52,027 nucleotides of DNA. It comes from Verrucomicrobiales bacterium (GTDB lineage: Bacteria > Verrucomicrobiota > Verrucomicrobiia > Verrucomicrobiales > V1-33). Made by a program: the position numbers and the translations under genes. The stretch covers positions 1 through 52,027 of the forward strand of contig JANOAV010000050.1 of NCBI GenBank assembly GCA_031411295.1. Reading direction: 5' to 3'. Positions 19,020 through 29,249 of this stretch are shown piece after piece. Each line of letters starts with the position of its first letter. Positions within the stretch are counted from its first letter, which is position 1. The notes below the pieces were generated by a model. The model made no database searches, was not told where the DNA came from, and saw only the letters and a list, made by a program, of their open reading frames with translations.

Positions 19020-19102
19020 TCACTCCAACCTCCTGAGGCCATCCCACGCAAAAATGTCCAGCCTTACCTTTGCACTGCGATTGACCTGAGATAGTTTAAC
19101 GC

Positions 19103-20530
19103 ATGAGACACCCCCACCCCCTCGACCATTCTCACCTGTTCCTCACCCGTCGTGATTTCTTAAATCGCTGCGGCATGGGGTTGGGATCACTGGCCTTGGG
19201 CTCGTTGTTTCAGGAAACCGCCTCTGCGGTGAATCCCTTGGCCATGAAGGCGTCGCAAATGCCCGGCAAGGCGAAGCATGTGATCCACATCTTCGCCAAC
19301 GGGGGACCGTCCCAAGTGGATACTTTTGATCCCAAGCCCGCCTTGGATAAATGGCACGGCAAGGAAATTCCGCTGAAGCTGAGCACGGAACGCAAGACCG
19401 GGGCCGCTTTCCGGTCGCCCTATAAATTTTCCCGCTACGGCAAATCCGGGCTGGAAGTCAGCGAGATTTTCAAAAACGTCGGCGGCTGCGCAGATGATCT
19501 TTGCGTGATTCGTTCGATGCATGCCGATGTGCCCAATCACGAACCATCCCTGCTGCTGATGAATTGCGGTGAACCTCGGCTGGTGCGCCCCAGCTTTGGA
19601 TCGTGGGTGACTTATGGACTGGGCACGCTGAACCAAAATCTGCCGGGCTTTATTTCCATGTGCCCTGGTGGGTTCCCGATTCAGGAGAGCCAGAATTGGC
19701 AAGCCGGATTTCTCCCCGGCACATTCCAAGGCACCTATATCGATACGCAGCATCGGCAGATTGAGAAGCTGATTGAGAACATTACCAACAGTCAGCTTCC
19801 GCTCCGGGAGCAGCGGCGGCAGATTGATTTCTTGCAGGAAATGAACGCGACCCACGCCGCCAAGCGGGCTCACGAAGAACCGCTGGAGAGCCGGGTGCAG
19901 AGCTTTGAACTAGCTTACCGCATGCAAATGGACGCCACCGACGCTTTCGATATCCAACGTGAACCACAATCGATTCGCGATATGTATGGCGACACGACGC
20001 AGGGGCGGCAAATGCTGATTTCTCGTCGGTTAGTGGAACGCGGAGTCCGCTTCATTCAACTGTGGCACGGCCCCGGTCAGCCATGGGATAATCATGATGA
20101 TCTGGAAGTAAACCACCGGAAACTCGCCACCGAAAGTGACCAAGCCACCGCCGCCTTGCTAACAGATCTCAAACAACGCGGAATGTTGGACGAGACCCTC
20201 GTGATCTGGGGTGGAGAATTTGGCCGCACGCCCACCGTAGAATTGCCGACACCTGGTTCCAACGCCGGCAAGATCAATGGTCGGGATCACAATCATTATG
20301 GATTCAGCATGTGGCTGGCAGGTGGCGGGGTGAATGCAGGCAGCATTTACGGCAGCACCGATGAGTTTGGCTTCAAAGCCGAAGAGAACCCAGTGCACGT
20401 GCACGATCTGCATGCCACCCTGCTGAAGCTGCTGGGCTTTGAACATGAGAAATTCACGTATCGTTACGCCGGACGCGATTACCGCCTCACGGATGTTCAT
20501 GGCAAAGTGGTTTCAGGACTGATTGCATGA
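19103..20530 (+). CDS. DUF1501 domain protein (Tat signal)
   Basis: TRRDFL, GGPSQVDTFDPKP, RRLVERGVRFIQL, WGGEFGRTP, GRDH. Confidence 0.93.
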   Translation: MRHPHPLDHSHLFLTRRDFLNRCGMGLGSLALGSLFQETASAVNPLAMKASQMPGKAKHVIHIFANGGPSQVDTFDPKPALDKWHGKEIPLKLSTERKTGAAFRSPYKFSRYGKSGLEVSEIFKNVGGCADDLCVIRSMHADVPNHEPSLLLMNCGEPRLVRPSFGSWVTYGLGTLNQNLPGFISMCPGGFPIQESQNWQAGFLPGTFQGTYIDTQHRQIEKLIENITNSQLPLREQRRQIDFLQEMNATHAAKRAHEEPLESRVQSFELAYRMQMDATDAFDIQREPQSIRDMYGDTTQGRQMLISRRLVERGVRFIQLWHGPGQPWDNHDDLEVNHRKLATESDQATAALLTDLKQRGMLDETLVIWGGEFGRTPTVELPTPGSNAGKINGRDHNHYGFSMWLAGGGVNAGSIYGSTDEFGFKAEENPVHVHDLHATLLKLLGFEHEKFTYRYAGRDYRLTDVHGKVVSGLIA

Positions 20531-20600
20531 CCTTGGCTCCAGCACCTTTCCCACTGCCCGTGGCGTGCCTTCCCGTGAGCACTCTCGTTGAACCTAGCTG

Positions 20601-20897
20601 CTACTTGCGACGAGGCGGGACAAATCGGCGCTTTCTTGGTTCGCCTTCGCCCTTTAGTTCGATCCGAATTTTCAGCCCGTGCTGGGCCGCGGCAGCGCCA
20701 GCCAGATTTCTTAGCGCCGACAGGCCGCGATCTTCTTTGCCCAGGATCTTTCTGGTATCATCCTCATCGGCCGCCTGCATGTTATAGACGGTCGTGCCCT
20801 CGACGACGGTTGAACGCACAAAAGCCTGATCCGGATGACGGACCAGGCTCGTGATAACAAATTCGAGGAAACTTTGCACCCCCGCAGCCGGATTCAT
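20601..20897 (-). CDS. khpA: KhpA-like KH-domain protein
   Basis: FLEFVITSLVRHPD...RKILGKEDR..SALRNL; directly downstream of rpsP as in the conserved rpsP-khpA order. Confidence 0.8.
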   Translation of the reverse strand: MNPAAGVQSFLEFVITSLVRHPDQAFVRSTVVEGTTVYNMQAADEDDTRKILGKEDRGLSALRNLAGAAAAQHGLKIRIELKGEGEPRKRRFVPPRRK

Positions 20898-20937
20898 AAG
20901 AAGTGGCTCTGGGAAATAGGAGTTTCAGCGGACAGAC

Positions 20938-21192
20938 CTAGGCAGTGGCCTTGGCCGCTTTGCGAGTCTTGCGAATCAAGCTCATGACAGTGTCACTGGG
21001 TTTGGCGCCTTTTTTCATCCATGCGTCCGCCTTATCGACGTCCACCAGCCAGTTGGTGCCCGCTGCCAGCGGATCATACGTGCCAATGCTTTCGATGAAT
21101 GGACCATCGCGACGAGCGCGGGAGTCTGTGACGACGACACGATAATAAGGACGGTGTTTGGAACCTTCTCTTCTGAGCCTAATTGCTACCAT
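20938..21192 (-). CDS. rpsP: 30S ribosomal protein S16
   Basis: [44 protein letters not shown]. Confidence 0.99.
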   Translation of the reverse strand: MVAIRLRREGSKHRPYYRVVVTDSRARRDGPFIESIGTYDPLAAGTNWLVDVDKADAWMKKGAKPSDTVMSLIRKTRKAAKATA

Positions 21193-21348
21193 AAAATGTT
21201 GTATTAATAAAATTTGGGGAGGAAAATTGCGAGTCGGGAGAATTCCCCTCTTTCAAAAGATTTCAAGAGGAAATGTTGATTTTCTCACTTCGAGGGAAAT
21301 TTAACCAAATTCACCCTTCCCCATCGTTCACCTCGGGACATGTGCAAT

Positions 21349-23022
21349 CTAATAAACGCGAACTCGAAGAAAACACCGATTGGCGCCCTCGTTCGGCGGA
21401 AGGCTCACTGTTGCCCACTGCCCAATGGTCCCGAGGTTCGTCGCCACGTGCCCCCAAGTTACTAGATCCATGGAAGACTCCACGATATAGGTCAAATCTG
21501 CCCGCGCCCTCAGGAAGCTCAACTGCCATTGACCAGCGGATTCCGTCAGCGTGACCTCGGGCAGATCCACCGCAGGCCGATCCCCCACCGCGTAGAGCGT
21601 CCCCTGGGTAATGGCATAAATAGTGCCGTCCGGTCCGATCACCGTCGGCGTATAGGGTTGGCCCCTAGGCTCTGCCAACGCCAGATCTGAGTAGGTGTTG
21701 GTTACCAAATCCCAGCGATACAGATGCCCGTCCTCGTTGTTGGCGTAGATCGCATGACTGGCCGCATCCACCGCAGCCGTATTGATACACCACTCATCAT
21801 TATTCACTCCCGGACTCACCAGGGTGCGCACTTCCAGCATGTCGGCAGTTCCTGTGAGCGGGTTCACTTGGGACACATTGGGATCCAGGATCGCGATCTT
21901 ATTCAGTCCGCCGGGATAGGAATAACTATTATATTTCGTGAACAACAAGTAGCTCGATCCTGCCGCCGAGGTGTATCCTGGCACTGATCCGACTGGGACA
22001 ATAGCCGCCGTGGTATCCCAACCGAATCCTCCAGAAAGTTTGACGGTTTGGAGATCGCTGGAATAATGCTTTAGTTCCCCCCGACTGTAACCATCGTCAT
22101 TGGTTCCATAATAGACATCTCCATCCGGCCCCACGGTGGGCGAAGCCGTCGTAATCGATCTCACCCCTGGCAACAACGCAGTGGCGTGCAAAGGAGCCAG
22201 GCTAGCTGCATCCAGCGCGACTAACTGCCCGGTGCCGAAACCCATCAAACTGTAAAATACCGCATACAGCGTGGCCCCATCCGCACTGAGCGCAGGGGCC
22301 GCATTCACTGCGGACTGCGTCAGACTGGAAACGGTGCTGGCCGGAGCGAAACTCCCGACGCCAGTTGCCGAAATCCGTGCGATACCTCCACCCGCAGGCA
22401 CCAATGGCGTGGCGCTGGAGACCTCATAGCCAAAATAGATGTTGCCCGCTGCATCTGCGGTAATGGGCGTATTCACCTTGATTTTGGCATCATACATCGC
22501 CTGCTGCGTATGGTAGGCGGCGGCCCCGGGGGATCCGTCGTAGAACACCACCTTCCCCACCCCATCCGGAAGGGCCGTATCCAGCCCATCGCGCCAATCC
22601 AAGGTGCCGCCCGCAGCCGGGATATAGACCCGATACCGCTGCGCGGAAAATTTAACTAACATGGGAGAAAAGCATGGTCGCCACCCGGATATTGGGGCGA
22701 TGTAATCTGTCGCCTGCGACCACACCAGGGATCCATCGAAGCCCCGTCTGCCCTCGACCACGAAGTTACTGCCCTCCCCCGTTGTCACCGGCACCACCAC
22801 TAGATTGCTCTCGGTAATCACCGGGGAACCGTAGTGCGTGTAAACCACCGGAAAATAATCCACCGGAGTGCTCCAAAGTTTCCGCGTCAAAGGCCGCCCG
22901 CGCGTGGCGGACATGGCCGTATGCTGGGCATTCCCGGCAAACATCGGCCAATCAGCAGCGCCCCCTGATGACGTCATCAGGGCAAGAGAGACCACAGTTA
23001 GGAAAGATTGGGCAAGGCGCAT
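21349..23022 (-). CDS. Secreted PQQ-like beta-propeller protein with C-terminal beta-sandwich domain
   Basis: Signal peptide, [35 protein letters not shown]-terminal [20 protein letters not shown]. Start chosen at MRLAQ. Confidence 0.8.
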   Translation of the reverse strand: MRLAQSFLTVVSLALMTSSGGAADWPMFAGNAQHTAMSATRGRPLTRKLWSTPVDYFPVVYTHYGSPVITESNLVVVPVTTGEGSNFVVEGRRGFDGSLVWSQATDYIAPISGWRPCFSPMLVKFSAQRYRVYIPAAGGTLDWRDGLDTALPDGVGKVVFYDGSPGAAAYHTQQAMYDAKIKVNTPITADAAGNIYFGYEVSSATPLVPAGGGIARISATGVGSFAPASTVSSLTQSAVNAAPALSADGATLYAVFYSLMGFGTGQLVALDAASLAPLHATALLPGVRSITTASPTVGPDGDVYYGTNDDGYSRGELKHYSSDLQTVKLSGGFGWDTTAAIVPVGSVPGYTSAAGSSYLLFTKYNSYSYPGGLNKIAILDPNVSQVNPLTGTADMLEVRTLVSPGVNNDEWCINTAAVDAASHAIYANNEDGHLYRWDLVTNTYSDLALAEPRGQPYTPTVIGPDGTIYAITQGTLYAVGDRPAVDLPEVTLTESAGQWQLSFLRARADLTYIVESSMDLVTWGHVATNLGTIGQWATVSLPPNEGANRCFLRVRVY

Positions 23023-23124
23023 GGCGAGGGGACTCCAGGTTCGCTGAACAAGCCCAAACTCTGCCCGCACGCCCGACTCAACGCAAGCCAGCGTTTCAGA
23101 AAAACCCGCCAGGCATGGTGGCAG

Positions 23125-23943
23125 CTAAGGCTCCACGAACTGCCCGGCCGGAAAATTCTTCCCTGGGCACAAGGTAGGCCGAATATTCACCAACCGATGG
23201 GTGGTGACGCGGATTTTCCCGACTTTGGCTTGAAGGTAATCAATCAGTTCATCCAGCGCCTCGATCTGCTGTCGCGAGGGGCTGCTTTTTTGGAAACTCC
23301 CCACCAGACAGATGCCCAGAGCAACCTCATTTTGCGCCTCGCTCCGCAGGTGCCCGCCCGCTTCCTGAGACTGCCAGCGTGGGCCTACTTCGACGCGGCC
23401 ATTTCCCGAGCCATGACCATTGCCAATCACAAAATGATAGGCCAGCCCGTGGGCCATGCGCTTCACATGGCGATGATAATAGTCGAAGGTCCGCGCGCTG
23501 CCGCTATCGGTGGCACTGCTGTGGATGACCACCATTTTCCAGCGCCCAGCTTGCACCGCAGCGGCATCGATCTGCTGCCGCACGCTGCGCGTCAGGAAGG
23601 TCCAATTGCCCTTGGGGGCTTTGCGGTCAAAATCCGGGGCGGGACTCGTTTTCGTGACCGTAATTTGCGGCACTGACGATCCCGCAGATGATTTGGTAGG
23701 GGCAACCTTCCCCACTGCCAGCTTGGGACGCTTGGTGGCTTGCGTGCGCACACTGCGAGCGGTGGTGGCATGGGTCACTCCCGCCAAGCGTAAGTGCGAT
23801 GTCGCAACCGTTGCAAAATTTCCCTCGCCCGATGCAACCTCTGGTGAATAGTGCGGGACCATGCCCACCACACTAACCATTCCCAGAACCACCGCCGCGC
23901 CTAGTGCGGAGAGAATTTTTGGGTTACTGAGAGGTCGGCGCAT
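23125..23943 (-). CDS. N-acetylmuramoyl-L-alanine amidase (Amidase_2/PGRP-like)
   Basis: VVIHSSAT, AYHFVIGNG, GICLVG, H...TLCPG zinc ligands; N-terminal TM. Confidence 0.9.
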   Translation of the reverse strand: MRRPLSNPKILSALGAAVVLGMVSVVGMVPHYSPEVASGEGNFATVATSHLRLAGVTHATTARSVRTQATKRPKLAVGKVAPTKSSAGSSVPQITVTKTSPAPDFDRKAPKGNWTFLTRSVRQQIDAAAVQAGRWKMVVIHSSATDSGSARTFDYYHRHVKRMAHGLAYHFVIGNGHGSGNGRVEVGPRWQSQEAGGHLRSEAQNEVALGICLVGSFQKSSPSRQQIEALDELIDYLQAKVGKIRVTTHRLVNIRPTLCPGKNFPAGQFVEP

Positions 23944-24023
23944 GGGTCGGGTGGATAAAGGCTTCGTTAGGAGTGCTGATTTACCTGATTCCGCGTAATC
24001 TGCAAGCCGCAACCCTTTCACCT

Positions 24024-25157
24024 GTGGAGAATTCTTCCCCGACCATACTTGTTTTCAGCGCTGGATTTGGCGATGGCCATAACTCAGCGGCCCGCAGCAT
24101 TGTGGCCGCCGTTGGCGCAGTCAGTCAGGGACGGGTCCAGGCGCGCATGGTGGACTTGTTTCCCACCGCCGTGCCGCGCATGAATACGTTTTTGAAATGG
24201 GGCTACGAGTTTCTCACCACGCACTTCCCTGCCCTCTGGGGCGGGCTCTACAAATTGGCGGAGAAGGACTCCGGGAATGGAAATTTAGGATGGAAATTCT
24301 TTCCGGAACTGCATCGGCAGCTCAGCCAGTGTCTCATCACAGAGCGCCCCGCCGCGGTCCTTTCCACCTTCCCGATGTATCCCTATTTGCTGGGCGAGGT
24401 AAAACCCGGCCTCCCCTTCCCTAAATTTTGCGGCACCGTCATTACTGATTCCATCTCCATCAATCACGTCTGGAACAAGGCTCCCACGCAGCATTACTTC
24501 GTAACGGATGAATTCTCCACCGCGGTCCTAACCAGTCGTGGGGTGCCGGAAGCAATGATCACCGCCACGGGATTTGCCGTCGCCCCCAGCTTTGCGGACC
24601 TGATCCCACGGACGCTGGAAGCTCCGACCCAGGGGCATTTCCGCGTGCTCTACTGCGCCACGGCCAGCAGTCGGGAGGTGCAGGAATCCCTTGAAAGCCT
24701 CCTCCAGCACACGCCGCTGGCATGGGAAATCACGGTCTTACTCGGGCGCCACGAAGCCCGCCTGGGCGAAATGGTTCGCAGCGTCTGCGCTCGTTATCCC
24801 GCCCGCAACTTTACGATTCATGGGTGGACTAAGCAGATGCCAGAACTGCTTTCCAGCCACGATGTCATTATCAGCAAAGGCGGCGGAGCCACGGTGCACG
24901 AATGCTTTGCTGCGGCCACCCCCGTGCTGGTGAATTATTTCATTCCCGGCCAGGAAGCGGGCAATGTCGAACTGTTGGAGCGTCGAGGTTGCGGTTGGTA
25001 TGTCCCGGAAACCAAAGCCCTGGGCACCAGCCTGACAGAAATCGTCAACTGCGGCAAGTGGGCTCAAGCGAAAGCGCAAATGATGCATTGGCGCAACCCG
25101 AACGGGGCCCTGCGGATTGCAGAACATGCCTTGCGCGCGGCTGGCCTGCTCGAATGA
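24024..25157 (+). CDS. MGDG synthase/UgtP-like GT28 glycosyltransferase
   Basis: SAGFGDGHNSAA, VITD, ISKGGGATVHE, PGQEAGN. Confidence 0.88.
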   Translation: MENSSPTILVFSAGFGDGHNSAARSIVAAVGAVSQGRVQARMVDLFPTAVPRMNTFLKWGYEFLTTHFPALWGGLYKLAEKDSGNGNLGWKFFPELHRQLSQCLITERPAAVLSTFPMYPYLLGEVKPGLPFPKFCGTVITDSISINHVWNKAPTQHYFVTDEFSTAVLTSRGVPEAMITATGFAVAPSFADLIPRTLEAPTQGHFRVLYCATASSREVQESLESLLQHTPLAWEITVLLGRHEARLGEMVRSVCARYPARNFTIHGWTKQMPELLSSHDVIISKGGGATVHECFAAATPVLVNYFIPGQEAGNVELLERRGCGWYVPETKALGTSLTEIVNCGKWAQAKAQMMHWRNPNGALRIAEHALRAAGLLE

Positions 25158-25184
25158 TCCCCTAGCAGACGCAGCGCACCCTCC

Positions 25185-26573
25185 TTATTCTCCGATTCCT
25201 TTGCGAAGCATTCCTAGGAGGAGTCCATAAACTTCCGTCGCCCCAATCTTATCCCGATTGACCAAGGTGGGGAAATCTCCCGCCAAGAGCGGCCAATCTT
25301 GCACATCCTCGGGAATGCGCCCGTGACTGCCTTTGATCAGATCTGCATCCAGCGGAATCACATCCATCAACATCCGGAAGCCCATTTTCTTTTTGGCCAA
25401 CTTGCTTGCCAGCACCATCTTGGGATTCTTGATGGTTGGATCGAGAAAGAGTTCCACCGGATCATAGCCTGGCTTGCGATGAATATCCACGCAGCGCGCG
25501 AAGTCCGGTGCTTTGGCGTCGTCCAACCAATAATAATAGGTGAACCAACTGCGCGCGTCACTAACTACCACGAAGTCACCTGCACGAGCATGGTCAATTC
25601 CCAGCGAGGCTTTCCAGACCGGATCGATCACGCTTTGAATTCCCGCGGTCGTTTCCAGTAATTCCTTCACTCGGCCCAGGATATCGGGGTTATTGACATA
25701 GACATGGGCCACTTGGTGATCGGCCACCGCAAACGCTTGGGAGGCCCCACAATCCAGGGTTTCCAGGCCCAATTCATCCCGCGTGGCGATCCAACCCTGC
25801 TCACGGAATAGTCGGTTCAGATGAATCGGCTGATCCACTGCGGTGATCCCATATTCAGAGAGGATCGTGACCTTCACGGCTTGCTCTTTAAAATAGGCGA
25901 TGAGATCCCCCACGAGGGCGTCGATCTCCGCCACATCCTGCCAGATGGCGGGATCATTTGGCCCCAGCCGCTGCAGATTGTAATCCAAATGCGGCAGATA
26001 AACGATCTGTAAATTCGGTTGGTGACGATCCTCGATCCACTTGGCCGCATCTGCGATCCATTGCGATGACGGTAGTCCGGCCATGGGGCCCCAAAAGGAG
26101 GGGAAGGGGAAATCACCCAAGTCCTTTTTGATCTCTTCCCGCATTTCTGGAGGGTTGGTGTAAACATCAAACACCTTGCGGCCATCGGCGGGATACATCG
26201 GCCGCGGGGTGATGGAGAAATCAGCCGTGGAATACATGTTATACCACCAGAATGTTTTGGCCACCGTGTAGCCGGGAAACTCCCGCCGCAGTTGATCCCA
26301 GAATTTATCTCCCTTGATCAAATGATTGCTTTGTTTCCACATGTGGACCTCCGCCAGATCCCGATTATACCATCCATTGGCCACGATCCCATGCTCGCTC
26401 GGCCGCCGTCCGGTCAAAAACGTCGCCTGCATAGTGCAGGTCACAGCGGGTATCTGCGGCTGAATCACGCTGCCTTGGCGACGCTTCATCCAGCCATAGA
26501 TATGCGGCGTTCGCTCCTCGCTGATCAGGCGAGGAGTTAGACCAACGACGTTTAAAATAGCGGCACGACTCAT
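25185..26573 (-). CDS. Alkaline-phosphatase-superfamily nucleotide pyrophosphatase, EboF-like
   Basis: NVVGLT, PAVTC, HGIVANGWY, FWWYNMYS, PRPMYPADGRK, YLPHLDY, VDIHRKPGYDP, KGSHG. Confidence 0.88.
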   Translation of the reverse strand: MSRAAILNVVGLTPRLISEERTPHIYGWMKRRQGSVIQPQIPAVTCTMQATFLTGRRPSEHGIVANGWYNRDLAEVHMWKQSNHLIKGDKFWDQLRREFPGYTVAKTFWWYNMYSTADFSITPRPMYPADGRKVFDVYTNPPEMREEIKKDLGDFPFPSFWGPMAGLPSSQWIADAAKWIEDRHQPNLQIVYLPHLDYNLQRLGPNDPAIWQDVAEIDALVGDLIAYFKEQAVKVTILSEYGITAVDQPIHLNRLFREQGWIATRDELGLETLDCGASQAFAVADHQVAHVYVNNPDILGRVKELLETTAGIQSVIDPVWKASLGIDHARAGDFVVVSDARSWFTYYYWLDDAKAPDFARCVDIHRKPGYDPVELFLDPTIKNPKMVLASKLAKKKMGFRMLMDVIPLDADLIKGSHGRIPEDVQDWPLLAGDFPTLVNRDKIGATEVYGLLLGMLRKGIGE

Positions 26574-26745
26574 GGGGGAGCACTCCCATAAAACAGTTCC
26601 GTTCAGTCGTAAACTACGAATGCACTTGGAACCAATCTGACCGTGGCCCTCCCACGAGCACCGGAGTGGGGATAGCAAACATCATGGTCGAATTTTCCAA
26701 GCCGGAATCAGACCAAAAGCAGGAGCATTCCCACTCCTGATTCCA

Positions 26746-27013
26746 AGTTGCGTTCCAGATGAGGTGATCCCGGAGGGATCTCAGAAATTAGCCGGGGTTG
26801 AGCGATAGCGATACCCCCGGTATCCCAACGAAATGACCGCATCCCGGCAGGGATGCCAGATCAGCAATATGAGAGGAAATGGTTTGGCACGATCCTATTC
26901 TGGCATCCCTGCCGGGATGCGGTCATTTCGTTGGGATACCGGGGGTATCGCTATCGCTCAACCCCGGCTAATTTCTGAGATCCCTCCGGGATCACCTCAT
27001 CTTGAACGCAACT
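26746..27013. mobile_element. Long palindromic non-autonomous element (115-bp inverted arms, 38-nt loop)
   Basis: 26746-26860 versus 26899-27013 are reverse complements with one mismatch seen; each arm carries three internal hairpins; no ORF of note. Confidence 0.75.
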
Positions 27014-27204
27014 CGTAATTAGTGCACCTGTCAGATATCCAGGTGACCCTCTCCCCGCGCTCGCGCTGAGGTTGGAGTTTGCTGATTGCGACAATTTGAG
27101 CGACAACCATGCAAGCCCAACTGGGCACCGCAGCCAACGATTGCTGATTCATCAGGAATGCTTCGGACCACGGTTGTCAGGTAAAATTTAACCACTGCCT
27201 ACTC

Positions 27205-29058
27205 ATGTTAATCACTCCGATTCGCTTCCGTTCACTCGCCATCGTCGCACTTGGGGTGGTTCAGTGGTGCTCCGCTGCGGAAAAACCGCAGGTTTTGCGA
27301 AGCTTTACTCGGGTGGCGCTGTCGGACCAATTTTGGTGTGAAGGGGCGAATGCGGGCGATTTTAATCGAGATGGGAAAATGGACATCGTAGCGGGGCCGT
27401 GGTGGTGGGAGGGGCCGGAATTCAAGGTGAAGCACGAGATCTATCCACCCGCAGCCACCTTCCAATTGCCCCTTGGGGAGCAGACCTCCGTGACCGTGCC
27501 GGGATTCGAGGGTGGATTGGGAAAGAAGAACGCGTATTCGGATAACTTTTTCGCCTGGCCGTATGATTTCAATGCGGATGGTTGGCCGGATGTGCTGGTG
27601 GTGGGATTCCCGGGACAAATGACCGCTTGGTTTGAAAATCCCCAAGCTGGGACGAACCACTGGGTCCGGCACCCGATTTTCATGCAAACGGATAACGAAT
27701 CCCCCACGTTTACCGACCTAACGGGCGACGGGAAACCGGAATTGGTCTGCATCACCAAGGGAGCGTATGGCTATGCCGAAGTTGATTGGAAGGATCCAGC
27801 CAAACAGTGGCAATGGCATCCTGTCTCCCCCAACAAGAAATACGGCAACTTCACCCACGGCATGGGCGTGGGGGATGTGAATGGGGACGGGCGGGCGGAT
27901 ATACTGGAGAAGGATGGCTGGTATGAACAACCGGCGGTTCTCGCAGGAGATCCAGCGTGGAAACATCACGCCCAGCAATTCGCGACCGCCGGGGGAGCGC
28001 AAATGCTGGTCTATGATGTCAACGGAGACGGTCGCAACGACGTCATCACCAGCCTGGCGGCGCATGGGTTCGGCTTGGCGTGGTATGAACAACTGTCAGG
28101 AGAGGGAGAGATCAAATTTACCGCTCATCAGATCATGGGACAACGCCCGGAGGAAAATCGGTATGGGGTGAAATTCTCCGAACTTCACGCGTTGGATTTG
28201 GTGGACATGAACGGGGACGGACGCAAAGACATTGTGACCGGGAAACGCTTCTGGTCTCACGGCCGCATGGGCGATCCGGATCGCAATGACGAGGCGGTCT
28301 TGTATTGGTTTGAATTGGCGCGCGGGGCGGATGGCGTAGATTGGATTCCGCACTTGATCGACCGGAATGCCGGGGTCGGCACGCAAGTAGTGGCCACCGA
28401 TGTGAACGGGGACGGACAACCCGACGTGATTGTGGGGAACAAAAAGGGCATCTTTGTCGAGCTGCAGCAAACCAAACCCGCTACCGCCGAGGAAATTGCC
28501 GCCGCCCAACCGCAACGTTTGCCCCCGCCTCGGGAGGCAAAATCATTTCTCCCCATGACTGCCGACGGCAGGAAGCTAAATTTCGATTTCGAAACTGGGG
28601 ACCTGACGGACTGGAAAGCGGAAGGCACCACCTTCACCAAAGCCGTGGTGAAAGGCGATGCCGTGGCGGCCCGACGGAAAGACATGCGCAGCGCTCACGC
28701 TGGTGATTTCTGGGTGGGCGGCTATGAACAGGCAGGAGACGAGGCTATCGGCATCTTGACCAGCGAGCCGTTCACGCTCACCCAGCCTTGCCTCGGATTC
28801 CTCATCGGCGGAGGTTCCACCCCAGCAACTCGCGTGGAAATCCTCAACGCAGTCAGTGGCGTCATCATCGCCCAAGCTACCGGGCCCGACAACGAAGCCA
28901 TGGTGCGTGTGGTCGCAGATCTGAAAGCCTATCAAGGTGCCAGCCTGCAAATTCGGTTGGTAGATGAAGCCACGAGCGGTTGGGGCCACCTGAATTTCGA
29001 CGACGTGAAATTCTACGATGCCGTCCCCGCCAACGCCAGAGTGGTGAACCCAGATTGA
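27205..29058 (+). CDS. Secreted FG-GAP/VCBS repeat protein with C-terminal jelly-roll-like domain
   Basis: Repeated DFNRDGKMDI / DVNGDGRADI / DMNGDGRKDI; C-terminal NFDFETGDLTDW...WGHLNFDD. Confidence 0.88.
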   Translation: MLITPIRFRSLAIVALGVVQWCSAAEKPQVLRSFTRVALSDQFWCEGANAGDFNRDGKMDIVAGPWWWEGPEFKVKHEIYPPAATFQLPLGEQTSVTVPGFEGGLGKKNAYSDNFFAWPYDFNADGWPDVLVVGFPGQMTAWFENPQAGTNHWVRHPIFMQTDNESPTFTDLTGDGKPELVCITKGAYGYAEVDWKDPAKQWQWHPVSPNKKYGNFTHGMGVGDVNGDGRADILEKDGWYEQPAVLAGDPAWKHHAQQFATAGGAQMLVYDVNGDGRNDVITSLAAHGFGLAWYEQLSGEGEIKFTAHQIMGQRPEENRYGVKFSELHALDLVDMNGDGRKDIVTGKRFWSHGRMGDPDRNDEAVLYWFELARGADGVDWIPHLIDRNAGVGTQVVATDVNGDGQPDVIVGNKKGIFVELQQTKPATAEEIAAAQPQRLPPPREAKSFLPMTADGRKLNFDFETGDLTDWKAEGTTFTKAVVKGDAVAARRKDMRSAHAGDFWVGGYEQAGDEAIGILTSEPFTLTQPCLGFLIGGGSTPATRVEILNAVSGVIIAQATGPDNEAMVRVVADLKAYQGASLQIRLVDEATSGWGHLNFDDVKFYDAVPANARVVNPD

Positions 29059-29249
29059 CAGTCACAAGTGTTCTGACTCAAGCGGAATCAAGCGTGGAGG
29101 GCGAGGTAACGAGACCTGCGTCACGTAAGCGTGAATCTGCTTGCGCTAACGGGGTCTCGTTACCTCGCCCTCCACGGCGGTTGAAGCCAAAATATTTTGG
29201 AACCAGAAGCCGTTGCTTCTGGCCCGAATTAACGGACGTTCGACTTGGT

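Noticed and set aside
28980..29249. N-terminal extension of the giant ORF (similarly 45986-46252)
   Set aside because: Overlaps an upstream gene or REP-rich DNA; signal peptides begin at the downstream Met (29250 and 45985).
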